From positions 23,498,001 through 23,562,000 of the forward strand of contig NC_043006.1 in the NCBI RefSeq assembly GCF_006345805.1: a stretch of DNA of 64,000 nt, read 5' to 3'. Below are positions 13,205 to 25,653 of this stretch, one piece after another. Every line of letters begins with the position of its first letter. Position 1 is the stretch's first letter. The position numbers and the translations under genes are program-made. Source of the stretch: Octopus sinensis. Taxonomy: Eukaryota. Under the pieces are notes generated by a model, which was not told the DNA's origin, made no database searches, and was given only the letters and a program-made list of their open reading frames with translations.

Positions 13205-14455
13205 CTTCGTAACACAGTTTAGGTAAAAATGCACCGGAGTCTTTAGTCATCTGTCAAGTCACAACAAGGATCTCAGACAGATAATACTTTCCTTAAGATG
13301 TGCCCTGTGCTCAATAAGGCTGCTTTTTGCAAGACATCAATCTTGCATGGGATTTCCAGTTGCCTTAAGAAGTCTTGAAGTTTCAAAAGAATTGAGCCCA
13401 ACGCTCCGATCTCCACTGCTATCACTTTTACATTACCCTCTCGCATTCCATACAATCTTGCCATTTCCACTTACAATTCGGAGTACTTGGTGATTTTTTC
13501 AACCTCTTCTCTCACAACATTCATGTCATTTGGTATGGCTACATCAATGATCTGATAGTATTTGTCTCTCTTATTCAAAATGACAATATTCAGCCGACGG
13601 TGTTCGATTACACGATCCGTCTGAAAATCATAGTCCCAGAGTATCGCTACTTTTCCATTCTGCATAATTTTAGTTGGTACATTCTCATACCATTTCTCTG
13701 TTACTTCATATTGGTATTTATGGCATATGAGCCAATGATGATACACACACACACACACTTTACAGTGGCGGCGCTTGTATTCTTTTTGTGCAAGGCTCTC
13801 ACATCCACTTACAAAGTGGGTCACATTTTCCACACTCTTTCTACAGTCTGTATTTCTGGATGTCAGACATTTTATAGATGTTATACTTCACTGAATTGGT
13901 AGAGAGAATCTGGTCTTGTACAGCAATGAACAGGCTTTCGGTGGTACGCTTCAAATCACCTCGCTCAAACCATGCCCACGATACTGTATTTTACTTAACG
14001 TCTTGTGTATTCCTTTCAAACTCTCCATGCATTCACATTTCAAGAAGGTCTTCTGTTCTCTTCTTCTCAACTGTTTGGTTAAACTCTTCCTTGCCCATCA
14101 TTTCATTTGCATTTACACCCATATCTTTCGCGGCATATTGCAGCAGGTCTTCATCACTATTTATCGAATACTCGAAAGCGTTCTCCTTTCACTCTATACC
14201 AATTAGTCCTCTGCCACCATTCTTTCTTTTCCTTACAGTCTGTTTACGTTTGCTTTAGGGTCTAGCGCCCCATGCAGCGTCATCAACGTTCTCATCCTTC
14301 TATCCAGTGTTGATATTCCCTCCTTAGTCCATTTGAGGATGGACGCATTATATCTGACCACCGCAACTGCCCAGATATTCTTTACAGTAATCAAATTTTT
14401 GGCATTCAGGTTGTATTTCAACAGCATCTTCACCCTTTTTTGATACGCCTCGCTG
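13205..14455 (-). mobile_element. 5'-truncated R4/Dong-type non-LTR retrotransposon (restriction-like endonuclease), decayed
   Basis: LNAKNLI...WAVAVVRY..ILKW; LDPKANVNRL; GGRGL; GDLKRTTE...VQDQ; zinc-knuckle remnant ENVTHFVSGC..KRRH; ILWDYDFQTDRVIEHRR; IIDVAIP; EKITKYSEL; KAALLSTGHILRKVL stop, followed by an (AAT)n tail near 13185-13203. Confidence 0.88.
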
Positions 14456-14489
14456 ATTATTGTTGTTGTTGTTGTTGTTGTTGTTGTTA

Positions 14490-14690
14490 AGGCAGTGAGC
14501 TGGTAGAAACGTTAGCACGCCGGGTGAAATGCTTAGCGGTATTTCACCCGTCACTACGTTCTGAGTTCAAATTCTGCCGAGGTCAACTTTACCTTCCATC
14601 CTATCAGGGTTTGATAAATTAAGTACCAGTTGCGTACTGGATTCGATGTGATCGACTGGCTCTCTCCCCCAAAAATTTCCAACCTTGTGC
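14490..14690 (+). mobile_element. SINE family A
   Basis: AAGGCAGTGAGCTGGTAGAAACGTTAGCACG...GAGTTCAAATTCTGCC. Confidence 0.85.
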
Positions 14691-16384
14691 TTATAGCAGA
14701 TAAGGTTATTATTATTATCATTGGCGAGGTGTCTGGATCGTTTGTACGCTTCACAAAGTGCTTAGCGACCGACATTTCTTCCATACGAAGCAAAGGGCTT
14801 AAACAATCAGTAGGTAACGAGGGCATGTTTTAACCAGGAGAAGTTGGTGCGCTCGCAATTCGGCATCTGAAGAGATGGGACAATGTGGGGCAAAATATTC
14901 TGTCGTTGGACCAAAGGTGCAGTTAAGGTGCTTAGTGGTCCTTGTTCGGACCGCGCCTCCATGTGAATAAAATCTTTGAAGAAGTCACGAACAGAATGGC
15001 CAAGAAATCCATTACCGCAGACGCGCGGCTGTGTGGTAAGAAGTGTGCCTCCCAAGCACATGGTTCCGGGTTCAGTGCCTCTGTGTACCACCTGAGGCGA
15101 GTGTTTTCTACTATAGGCTCCAGGTGACCAAAGCCTTGTGAAAGAAGCCCGACGTATGTATGTATCTATCGTTGCTATTATGTTAAACTGTCGTATGTCC
15201 AAATTTGGCCAAACACTTTTTTTTTTCAATATTTTTTTTCTTGCAATAGCCAGCTCTTTTGGTCAAACTATCGTATCTCCGGCTGCTTCGGATGACAAGA
15301 TGTGAAAATTGTCAAAGTGTAGTACAACCTACATTATTTACATTATTTACATTCGACGGATATTTGTCCTCATCTTGTTTGTTGTTAACACGTTTCGGCT
15401 GATATACCCGCCAGTCTTCTTTAGGTGTCTTAGGGAAATTTCGAACCTGGATTCTCATTCCTAAGGTATTTTTCGATGTTATTATTATTAATTAAATAAT
15501 ATACATAATTCCTCATCTAAGTATAGAAGTGTAGTACAACGGTTTAGCATTTTTCAAAAGTGTAGTGAGTCCCACATACGACAGTTTCGCAAAAATATCA
15601 TTCAAGCATGGAGTTACGATTTTATGCACCCAACAAAGTATTATTGTTAGGCTGAAACTGTTGCTGATGTAAAAAGAAATAGAATGGTGAAAATACTTTT
15701 TCGTTTTCTGAAAAAGCAACGTTTTGGACTTACGACACTTTTGCATAATAGCAACGATATATCGATATATATATCGCGAGATCACATGACCGACGAGGCC
15801 ATCAGATGTTGTTACATATCGCTGGTAACAATGCACTTTTGCATTGTTTTAGCCTTCAAATGACGCCACCCTACTAGCTAGGTGAGCAGGCCAATATTCC
15901 CTCCTGATCGAAAGGGGGACTGGAACAATGTGAAATGAAGAATTTTGCTCAAGAACACAACGCGCCTCCAAGTCAGGGAATCGAACCCACGATCTAGTGA
16001 TCCACTAGTCCATGGGCCTGTATGCATACATATGCGTGTGTGTTTGCGTGTGTGTTTCTGTGTATGTATGTATGTATCTAAGAGTGTGTGTGCCTTTGTG
16101 TCTGTGCTTGTAACCTACTACTACTTAATAATCGGTGTTGATATGTTTACGTCCCTGTAGCTTTGAAGTTCGCCAAAGCAGACTGATAGAACAACTACCA
16201 GGCTTTAAAAAAAGTACTGAGATCGATTCCGTCGTCAAAATAAATTCTTGAAGGCGGTGCCCCAGCATGACCGTTGTCTAATGACGGAAACTAGAAGACA
16301 TACAAGGATTAGAATCAACGTGCTTTTGACTCGGGGCAGAAGACTAGCTGAAAGAGTTTAAAGAATCGTAAACAACAAAGAAAT

Positions 16385-16583
16385 TCTTTTATTCTTTTAT
16401 TTGTGTCAGTCATTTGACTGCGGCCATGCTGGAGCGCCGCCTTTAGTCGAACAAATCGACCTCACGACTTATTCTTTGTAAGCCTAGTACTTATTCTATC
16501 GGTCTCTTTTGCCGAACCTTTAAGTTACGGAGATGTAAACATACCAACATCGGTTGTCAAGCGATGGTGGGGAGACAAACACA

Positions 16584-16666
<83 letters not shown>

Positions 16667-16698
16667 CATGTATAGTTAATCCAAACAAGAAAGCATAT

Positions 16699-16763
<65 letters not shown>

Positions 16764-16922
16764 TGAGCTCTTTCAGTTTCCGTCTACCAAATCCACTCAC
16801 AAGGCTTTGGTTGGCCTGAGGCTATAGTAGAAGACACTTGCTCGAGATGCCACGCAGTGAGACTGAACCCAGAACCATGTGATTGTGAAGTAAGCTTCTT
16901 ACCACACAGCCATGCCTGTGCT
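16385..16922 (-). mobile_element. SINE family B with expanded internal microsatellite
   Basis: Both unique halves match family B, separated by ~180 bp of (CA)n/(TA)n. Confidence 0.85.
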
Positions 16923-17427
16923 TAGGAGGAATAATTAACAGAAAATAAGTTAAGTTGTCTTTTATTTTTTGTTTTCTTCATTTGTTGGACTGCGGCCATA
17001 CTGGGGCATCGCCTTGGAGTGATTTAGTGGAACAAACCGACACCTTTTTTAAAAGTCTTATACTTATTTTATCGGTCTCTGTACCGAAATGCTAAGTTAC
17101 GGGTACGTTAACGGACCAACAACGGTTGTCAGATAATGGTGGAACAAATACAAAGATGCACACAGACACACACACAAAGAGGCTTTCATAATAATATGCA
17201 CATGCGCACATACATGCGCATGCACATGACCTAGTTGCTAATCTGCTGCAGTCATAGACGCTAGATCGTGGTTTCAATCCTCCGACCTGGTTGTGCGCTG
17301 TGTTCTTGAGCAAAACACTCCATTTCTCGTTGGCCCAGTCAACTCAGCTGTAAATGGGTTGACTCTCATTCAAGGTATTTCCTGTGATTTCAGTCACTTA
17401 TACGCCGTAGAAACCGAGAAACTAGCT

Positions 17428-18571
17428 CTATGAGTCCTGCAACCTGAGACATTACGACCCAAGTCACTGTGAGTCCTACGACCCGAGACACTATGGGTCC
17501 TACGACCCGAGATACTGAGTCCTACGACCCAAGACACTATGAGTCCTACGACCTGAGACACTGTGAGTCCTACGACCCGAGCCACTGTGAGGCCTACGAC
17601 CCGAGACACTATGGGTCCTACGACCCGAGATACTGAATCCTACGACCCGAGACACTATGAGTCCTACAACCCGAGACACTATGAGTCCTACAACCCGAGA
17701 CACTGTGAGTCCTACGACCTGAGATACTGTGAGTCCTATGACCCGAGACACTATTAGTCCTACGACCTGAGACACTGTGAGTCCTACGACCCGGGTCACT
17801 ATGAGTCCTACGACCCGAGACAATATGAGTCCTACAACCTGAGACACTGTGAGGCCTACGACCCTACCCACTGTGAGTCCTACGACCCGAGACACTATTT
17901 GTCCTACGACCCGAGACACTATGGATCCTACGACCTGAGACACTGTGAGTCCTATGACCCGAGACACTATGGATCCTACGACCTGAGACACTGTGAGTCC
18001 TATGACCCGAGACACTATGGGTCCTACGACCTGAGACACTGTGAGTCCTACGACCCGAGACACTATTAGTCCCACGACCTGAGGCACTGTGAGTCCTACG
18101 ACCCGAGCCACTATTAGTCCTACAACCCGAGACAATATGAGTCTTACGACCCGAGACACTATTTGTCCTACAACCCGAGACACTATTAGTCCTACAACCC
18201 GAGACACTAATAATATTACGACCCGAGCCACTATGAGTCCTACGACCCGAGACAATATGAGTCCTACGACCTGAGACACTGTGAGTCCTATGACCCGAGA
18301 CACTATTAGTCCTACGACCCAAGACACTATTAGTCCTACAACCTGAGACACTGTGAGTCCTACGACCCGAGCCACTATGAGTTCTACGACCCGAGACAAT
18401 ATGAGTCCTACGACCTGAGACACTGTGAGTCCTATGACCCGATACACTATTAGTCCTACGACCCAAGACACTATTAGTCATACGACATGAGACACTGTGT
18501 GTCCTACGACCCGAGACACTGTGAGTCCTATGACGAGAGACACTATTAGTCCTACGACCCGAGACACTAAT
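17428..18571. repeat. 24-bp minisatellite, ~47 units
   Basis: Consensus GAGTCCTACGACCCGAGACACTRT; the period is reflected in the 8-aa repeats of the overlapping ORFs (SRVVGLIV, SGRRTHSV). Confidence 0.95.
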
Positions 18572-19099
18572 GTCTATGGGTTGACGACGATAACGATGAC
18601 GACAAGCAATTGATCACATTTTCTTCGCTAACCGAGCAAGATGCACCGATTAACCTCTCCTCATCATTTCACCTTTCTGCACTAACAATAACATTGTGTA
18701 ATAAACACAACAGATCTTACATTCGTGAAAAACCAATATAGTATTAAGTCAGACAGGAGATTATTATTAAGACATGGCTTTCAGCTTCAAAAACCAACAA
18801 CAGCCATTGTAATTATTTTCCTGTATTGAACGATGACGCGTTACAAAACGGTGAGGATTTCAGAAATGAGAATAGATAAAAGGTGTTGAAAGGAAAACAA
18901 AGACATCACAAAGTGTGAGAGAGCGGATGGGTATTTCGTAATACAACCACAGTGATGTCGTGGTATAAGTGGTTCGTGGCTCGTGGTTCGATCCAAGAGC
19001 GGGGAGGGGGTCTTCTTGCTGAATGTCTTCCACCGTAGTCACGGGTCGGCCGATATTTTGTGGGTGAAATTTGGAAGGCGGAGTTTGAGCAGAAGCCGG

Positions 19100-19104
19100 T
19101 CAGA

Positions 19105-19139
<35 letters not shown>

Positions 19140-19282
19140 TGATGATGATGATGATGATGATGAGGAGGAGGAGGAGGAGGAGGTTGATGAAAGCCGTGGT
19201 GGTGATAATGATGATGATGACGAAAACCATGGTGGTGATCGTGGTGGTGGTAATCATAATGATAATGATAATGATGATGATT

Positions 19283-19333
<51 letters not shown>

Positions 19334-19372
19334 GTGGTGATAATGACGATAATGATGATTATAGTCATATCA
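19100..19372. repeat. Compound trinucleotide microsatellite (GAC/GAT/GAG/GGT)n
   Basis: Directly visible; similar triplet tracts at 4660-4870 and 45300-45460. Confidence 0.9.
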
Positions 19373-19542
19373 CCGGCCTGGACAAACATCGTTGATTGAT
19401 TTAATGACAGCGACACTGATGGGCGGGAATGTTTGCTCACAAATACCTGTATTTATTAACTACGAAGGTATATATGTACCTGGGTCTATATTTGTGTATT
19501 TACACAGTTGCTCATATATATATATATATCCATACATATATG

Positions 19543-19631
<89 letters not shown>

Positions 19632-20153
19632 TGTATATATGAATATCTATATATATACATACATATACATACATACATACATACATACATACAGACATAC
19701 ATACATATATATATGTGTTGTGTGTGTACACATACACACATATATATACATACATACACGCACGCACACATATATATATGCCTTGAATGAGAACGATTGC
19801 ACAAACACGAGTAAAGAAAAAGTAAATAACGCAACGTTATTGTTGCTGGGTAGTTTAACAGATAACGCGTACACGCATGCGTATACAAGTATAATATATA
19901 TGTATGTATGTATAAAAAATATATATAGATACAAAATGGGACAAGAACGCAAAACATTCAAATAGACGACACAAAAAACGGACGGGTCATTCGAAGCCTT
20001 TAATCTTCAGTCAAGAACCGGATCACCCTCGCAATTTCGGCTGATTAATCTTGAGATCGCTCCGATCCGGCCGTGTGTGTATATATATATATAGATAGAT
20101 AGCTATATATACATATATATGTATATATATATATACACACACACACACACATT

Positions 20154-20243
<90 letters not shown>

Positions 20244-20923
20244 TATTCATATATGTATGTGTGTATGTAAATGGTGTGTGGATTATGATTTAATGTATGC
20301 GTAAATTAGACTATATATATATAAATGGGTGTAGTGTTGTCTGTAAACTGCCGAAAATGACACATCACATCGGGTATGCATTCTCACACTGAGTGAAACG
20401 AGGGTAGAACTTATTTAATGAACGACGTAACGAAAGACGTAACAATTACCTAAAGAGGAGCATTTTGCTTCTTGGATGTTATAATAATGATTACGCAACA
20501 TTAAACCTATGCACTACGGGTGTAGAAATATGACGAAACAATTGTATCTACAAATATATATATATAAGATTCAGTTGAATTAGGTGCTTATATTGAGGCA
20601 CCAAGCTAGTTCGGTTTCGTCCGCGCAGGTCGAAGTTAGGTAAAGAAAACGCAAATAACTAAAAAGGATGCCCAGGTATCAATGCCGTACGGCCGTTTCA
20701 AACGGCTCTATTTAATCGATCACTGAAAACATTACGTCAATTTGAAAGAAACCGCTCAGAAACAGACGACCATATAGATTTCCAATATAAAGGATAAACC
20801 ATTTTCTAGCACAGTTTACATCAGTAAAAGAAACCAAAATAATTACATTGTTTTCTTTTGTTATGTTTGTGGCAGAATGAATTTAGAGAAAAATGTATAC
20901 CTAAAGCCAACTATGATTTAGAG

Positions 20924-21142
20924 CAGTGGTTTTCAACCAGGGTTCCGCGGAACCTTAGGGTTCCGCCAGTACAGTCCAGGGGTTCCGCAAGAAGTTACAA
21001 AACTGCTAAAATCGGCAGTAATTTTTAACTCTCCTGTGTAGACATGTGTGCATAAGACTATTAAATTATTGCACGGGGGTTCCTCGAGCCAGTGGCATGT
21101 TTCCTTGGGGTTCCGCTCCAGCAAAAAGTTTGAAAAGCACTG
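20924..21142. mobile_element. hAT (Charlie-like) MITE
   Basis: TIRs CAGTGGTTTTCAA / TTGAAAAGCACTG, with exact 8-bp TSD ATTTAGAG at 20916-20923 and 21143-21150. Confidence 0.92.
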
Positions 21143-22253
21143 ATTTAGAGAGTAGCAGAGGAAAATGGTGGAAAGTAAAAAAAAAGGGATGGTGAGATTG
21201 TTAATTTATGTTTATTTTTATCTACAATCCTTCAGAGTTAAATCCATTGGGAATTGACAATTAAGTTCCTGTTGATCGAGATAAATTAATTAATGTCAGA
21301 TACTCTCCTCGACCCTTATTTTACTGGGACCCTATATCTAGCTTTATCTGCATAAAAGGATATATCTCAGAGCTGCTAGTAAGAGAATGGCTGATGGAGA
21401 AGAGGTGATAACCAGCAGGAAGAAGACTGGGGATTGCTAATACATACTTAGATTGTCAAATAAGGGGGAATAAAGCGGAAGACAAAAGAGATCAAAATAA
21501 GTTCCAAGAGTGGGAATTAGAAACTAGGGTTACGAGGTGTATCATAACGTAACCAATTTAATGTTTTAAAAGTTTAGAAAAGAATTCTAGAACAATATAA
21601 AGAAAAAAGATTAGATAAACCTTAAAATGGATATTTTAATGTATAAGAGAAATTTCATAAGGCCTCTTCTAAGCCTATTGCTAAGGTAGTCATGATAAAA
21701 CTATTCTACAATGAATTTATAAATAAACTAAATTAATATCTGAGTAGGAGTACATAGTTTATATTAAAACAAAACCAGGATAATTATCCATATTACAGGT
21801 GGATAAGTGTAAGATATCTAAAATACAGAATCGACTGTAAGGGGTAATTAAAATAGAGGTGTACACGCGGAAGTAAAAGCTAAACCTATATGGGCATGTA
21901 TCTATTTGTTGAATATTCTTTTCTGCTCTAGGCACAAGGCCCGAAATTTGGGGGTCGGGACCAGTCGATTACATTGACCCCAGTACGCAACTGGTACTTA
22001 ATTTATCGATCCCGAAAGGATGAAAAGCAAAGTCGACCTCGGCAGGATTTCAACATGTTAATTCATAGAACAGCAAGAATGAGGAGTACTCAACACCGCA
22101 TTGGTGGATAAATATTTTGTATTTGTAAGTTAACAAGGTTACCATTGGTTTCATGCCGAAAAGAAATCTCCCAACAATTATCAAGCCTGCCACATAGAAT
22201 AACGTTCCATGTAGCCTTGTTAACACAGATATAAATTTTTAAAAAGTACAGAC

Positions 22254-22332
<79 letters not shown>

Positions 22333-23744
22333 CAGATAGATATATGTGCATCATACTGAATGTAAATACATTTTTTTAATGCAAATTTACTGCGGTATTT
22401 CGTCCACTTATGGACATGCTGTGTTTAAAAACAATATAAATCGGATGGAGATGAAAATCATCCCTGTACCGGCTAGCAAAAACGCCAGTTGTATTTCGTT
22501 AGTATTGAGCCTTGTCAATGAAATATGCTCACAGTTAATCATATGCTTAGACGAGATTTTTATTCAGCCTGGCGTCTATTTTTGTTGTTACTGTGTATCA
22601 TACATTATGTTCTGTTTTATAATGACGTGTTAATCCCTTCACTAAACAGGGTGTATTTTATTTATTTTGTATTCTTAGATATTATTTGTTTGCTTTTGCA
22701 AGGTGTTGTTTGTGTGATATTAGTGAAGATTAATTTGAATTGTTGCAGTGTTTTATCTACTTTTATGTTTGCATATCTGTGGTAGTTTATTGTTGATCTG
22801 AAGTCTCAATCTTTTGATATATGCTTTTTATGGAGGAGAGTCAAAATTTCTCTGAAGGGTTTTTATTAATCACGGTTTATGTATATATATATTTCTGACA
22901 ACAATCGCTACATATGGCCAGAGATAGCGAATATTTACGTAGATTTAAAATATTAGTCATAGAAAAGTCACTCCTCAACATGAAATCCAAAGAACTATAC
23001 AAACACTTATCAACAAAGAATATTTCAACGACTTCCTAAAACAATCTTTTCAATATAACGCTTTCAATAACATTTATACGTGTGTCTATATGTGTGTGTG
23101 TATGTATGTATGTGTGTGCATGCATGTATGTATGTGTATATATATATATATATATATAACACACATCCGCATATAAATGTATAGTAATGTGTATTTTCTG
23201 CATATATGAACGTGCGTGTGTGTGTGGCTTTGGTGGGTGGGTGGGTGTAAAGGCGCGTGGCGAAGTGGTTAGGGTATTCGGTTCACGATCGTAAGGTCGT
23301 TAGTTCGACTCCCGGTGGCGCGATGTATTCTTTAATTCACGTTGCTCCAGTCGACTCAGCTGGCAAAAATCAGCAGCATCCACATTCTGTGTAACACTGG
23401 AATACATGTTTGTGGAATGCTCAGCCACTTGCAAATTCATTTCATCAGAAAACTGTTCCGCGGATCAGATCAACGGGAACCTTCTTTAGAGTGGCATATT
23501 ATTATTTTTTTTTTCTAGTTTCAGCTCAGAGCTGCGGCCATGCTGATGCACCGCCGTTTGTATATATATATTTATTTTCTCTCTTTATTTTTCTCTCCCT
23601 GTTTCTTTCTGTGTTCCTTTCTGTGGAAGAATGTAGGCCCGAAGCGTTAAAGACTTTTTCAATTCCCGAGCGTTAAACTAATACATCTATTTATTGTCTA
23701 CACCACCTGTCTTCGTTTTTTGTTATTTTTTCGTGAATTCTCCC

Positions 23745-23789
<45 letters not shown>

Positions 23790-23795
23790 CATACA

Positions 23796-23827
<32 letters not shown>

Positions 23828-24602
23828 CTTATACATATACATATACATATACATATATATATCTTCATATATACAGATATGTATGCATGCATATATATAT
23901 ATATATTATATACTTATATGTGTGTGTGTGTGTTTGTATGAAGGTATATGTATATATACATATATATATATATGATTCGCTATGAGCTCATATTATATAT
24001 ATATATATATATAAAGTGAAGGATTATCAATCGAGGCAAAATGCTTCAAAAGCTCTCTATTGGCACACCAGGCTTATAATATTACTTCGATTATTGAAGA
24101 ACTCCGGGTAATCTTTTGGTAGGGTCCAAATGATTCATCACAATTCTAGGGCTGCAGAGTCACTAGCACAGCGCACAAATCGTCAGGCTTTGACTGCCGC
24201 TTTATGCAATGGCTTCAGAAACGGATGAACAAAGGACAATGTGACTTCAAACCAATGCAAACTTGAAGGCTCTGCGTAGGAGCACATCAAAGCCATTGGT
24301 CAGTCGGTGAGCTTTTTATAAAGCTTATATAACGATATGACAAAATGCTTCAGGTAAGATATAGGATCCCTTATGCCTCCTGCATTTGCGATCTCATTTC
24401 ATGGACTTTAATTTATTACTAACTGCCGAACTTGTGCTCAAAAACTTTATTCATTACCTAGTTTGCTTAATACCATATAATAAACTGCTAACGAAATTGG
24501 TAATTATACTTGTAACTGCGGGCTAATCCAACTTAAACTATCCAAAGGAGTGCGCCATTATAATAAATTACACCATCCAAAGGACAGGTGCATTTGCTAG
24601 TG

Positions 24603-24647
<45 letters not shown>

Positions 24648-24742
24648 TGTAAACATATATATATATGTATATATATACATATATATATATATATACATAT
24701 ACAGATATATACATATATATACATACATATATACATATACAT

Positions 24743-24793
<51 letters not shown>

Positions 24794-25385
24794 ATATAAA
24801 TTATATATATATATATGCATATATACATACATATGCATACATACTTACATATATATGTATATACATATGCATATATGAGCAGAGGACGTCACAGAACGTA
24901 AACAACATGACATAGGAAATACGAAAACAGGGAATACGACTTTTTGTGAACAACGAAAGAAACAATTGGAAAACAAGACAAGTAGCATAAAGAACAACCC
25001 TTCATCAGTTGTCGGCTGTTTTTCTACTCCGTATTTCGAGCAATTAACAACAAGATACGCCTTCGACAAAACAGTTGCGCCCGCAAAGCAAATTAAATAA
25101 AATTTGGGATTTTGCGGAGGGTCAAAGTTGGTAACAAAAACACGACAGTGAAAACAAACAGTATGGGCTGCTAAGCCTAAACGAGGTGAGTTGGCGAAAG
25201 CTAGAGGTACAAGCTCTGACAGGAGACAGACAAGAATACGTCTGATCCCTGTGGCTGTTCGGAAGGAAAGAAAGACATTCTAGTTAGGAAAAGAAAGATG
25301 GCTGATTGTCACATGCGAGCAACGAGTGAGGGAGAGAGAGGGACAGACAGAGAACGGCGAAAATATATCTGTGTGTATGTATGTG

Positions 25386-25438
<53 letters not shown>

Positions 25439-25445
25439 ATATATA

Positions 25446-25499
<54 letters not shown>

Positions 25500-25653
25500 G
25501 ATTATGACTTTTTTTTTAATTAAAGAATTTCTTGTATCAAGGCGATAAAAAAATTTCATGAAGTAGGGAAAATAACATTTATTTAAAGTTTTCTTTTAAG
25601 AAAAATGTCACCCCCAACTGAAGAAATCTTTTGACCCAAATCATGCAAAATTC

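Noticed and set aside
17428-18571. CRISPR-like array
   Set aside because: Contiguous 24-bp units with no unique spacers, no cas genes, and eukaryotic context.
19060-19395. Acidic 111-aa protein (poly-D/E) or poly-Ile/Met ORFs
   Set aside because: Compound triplet microsatellite open in several frames on both strands, with no convincing splice signals or ATG.
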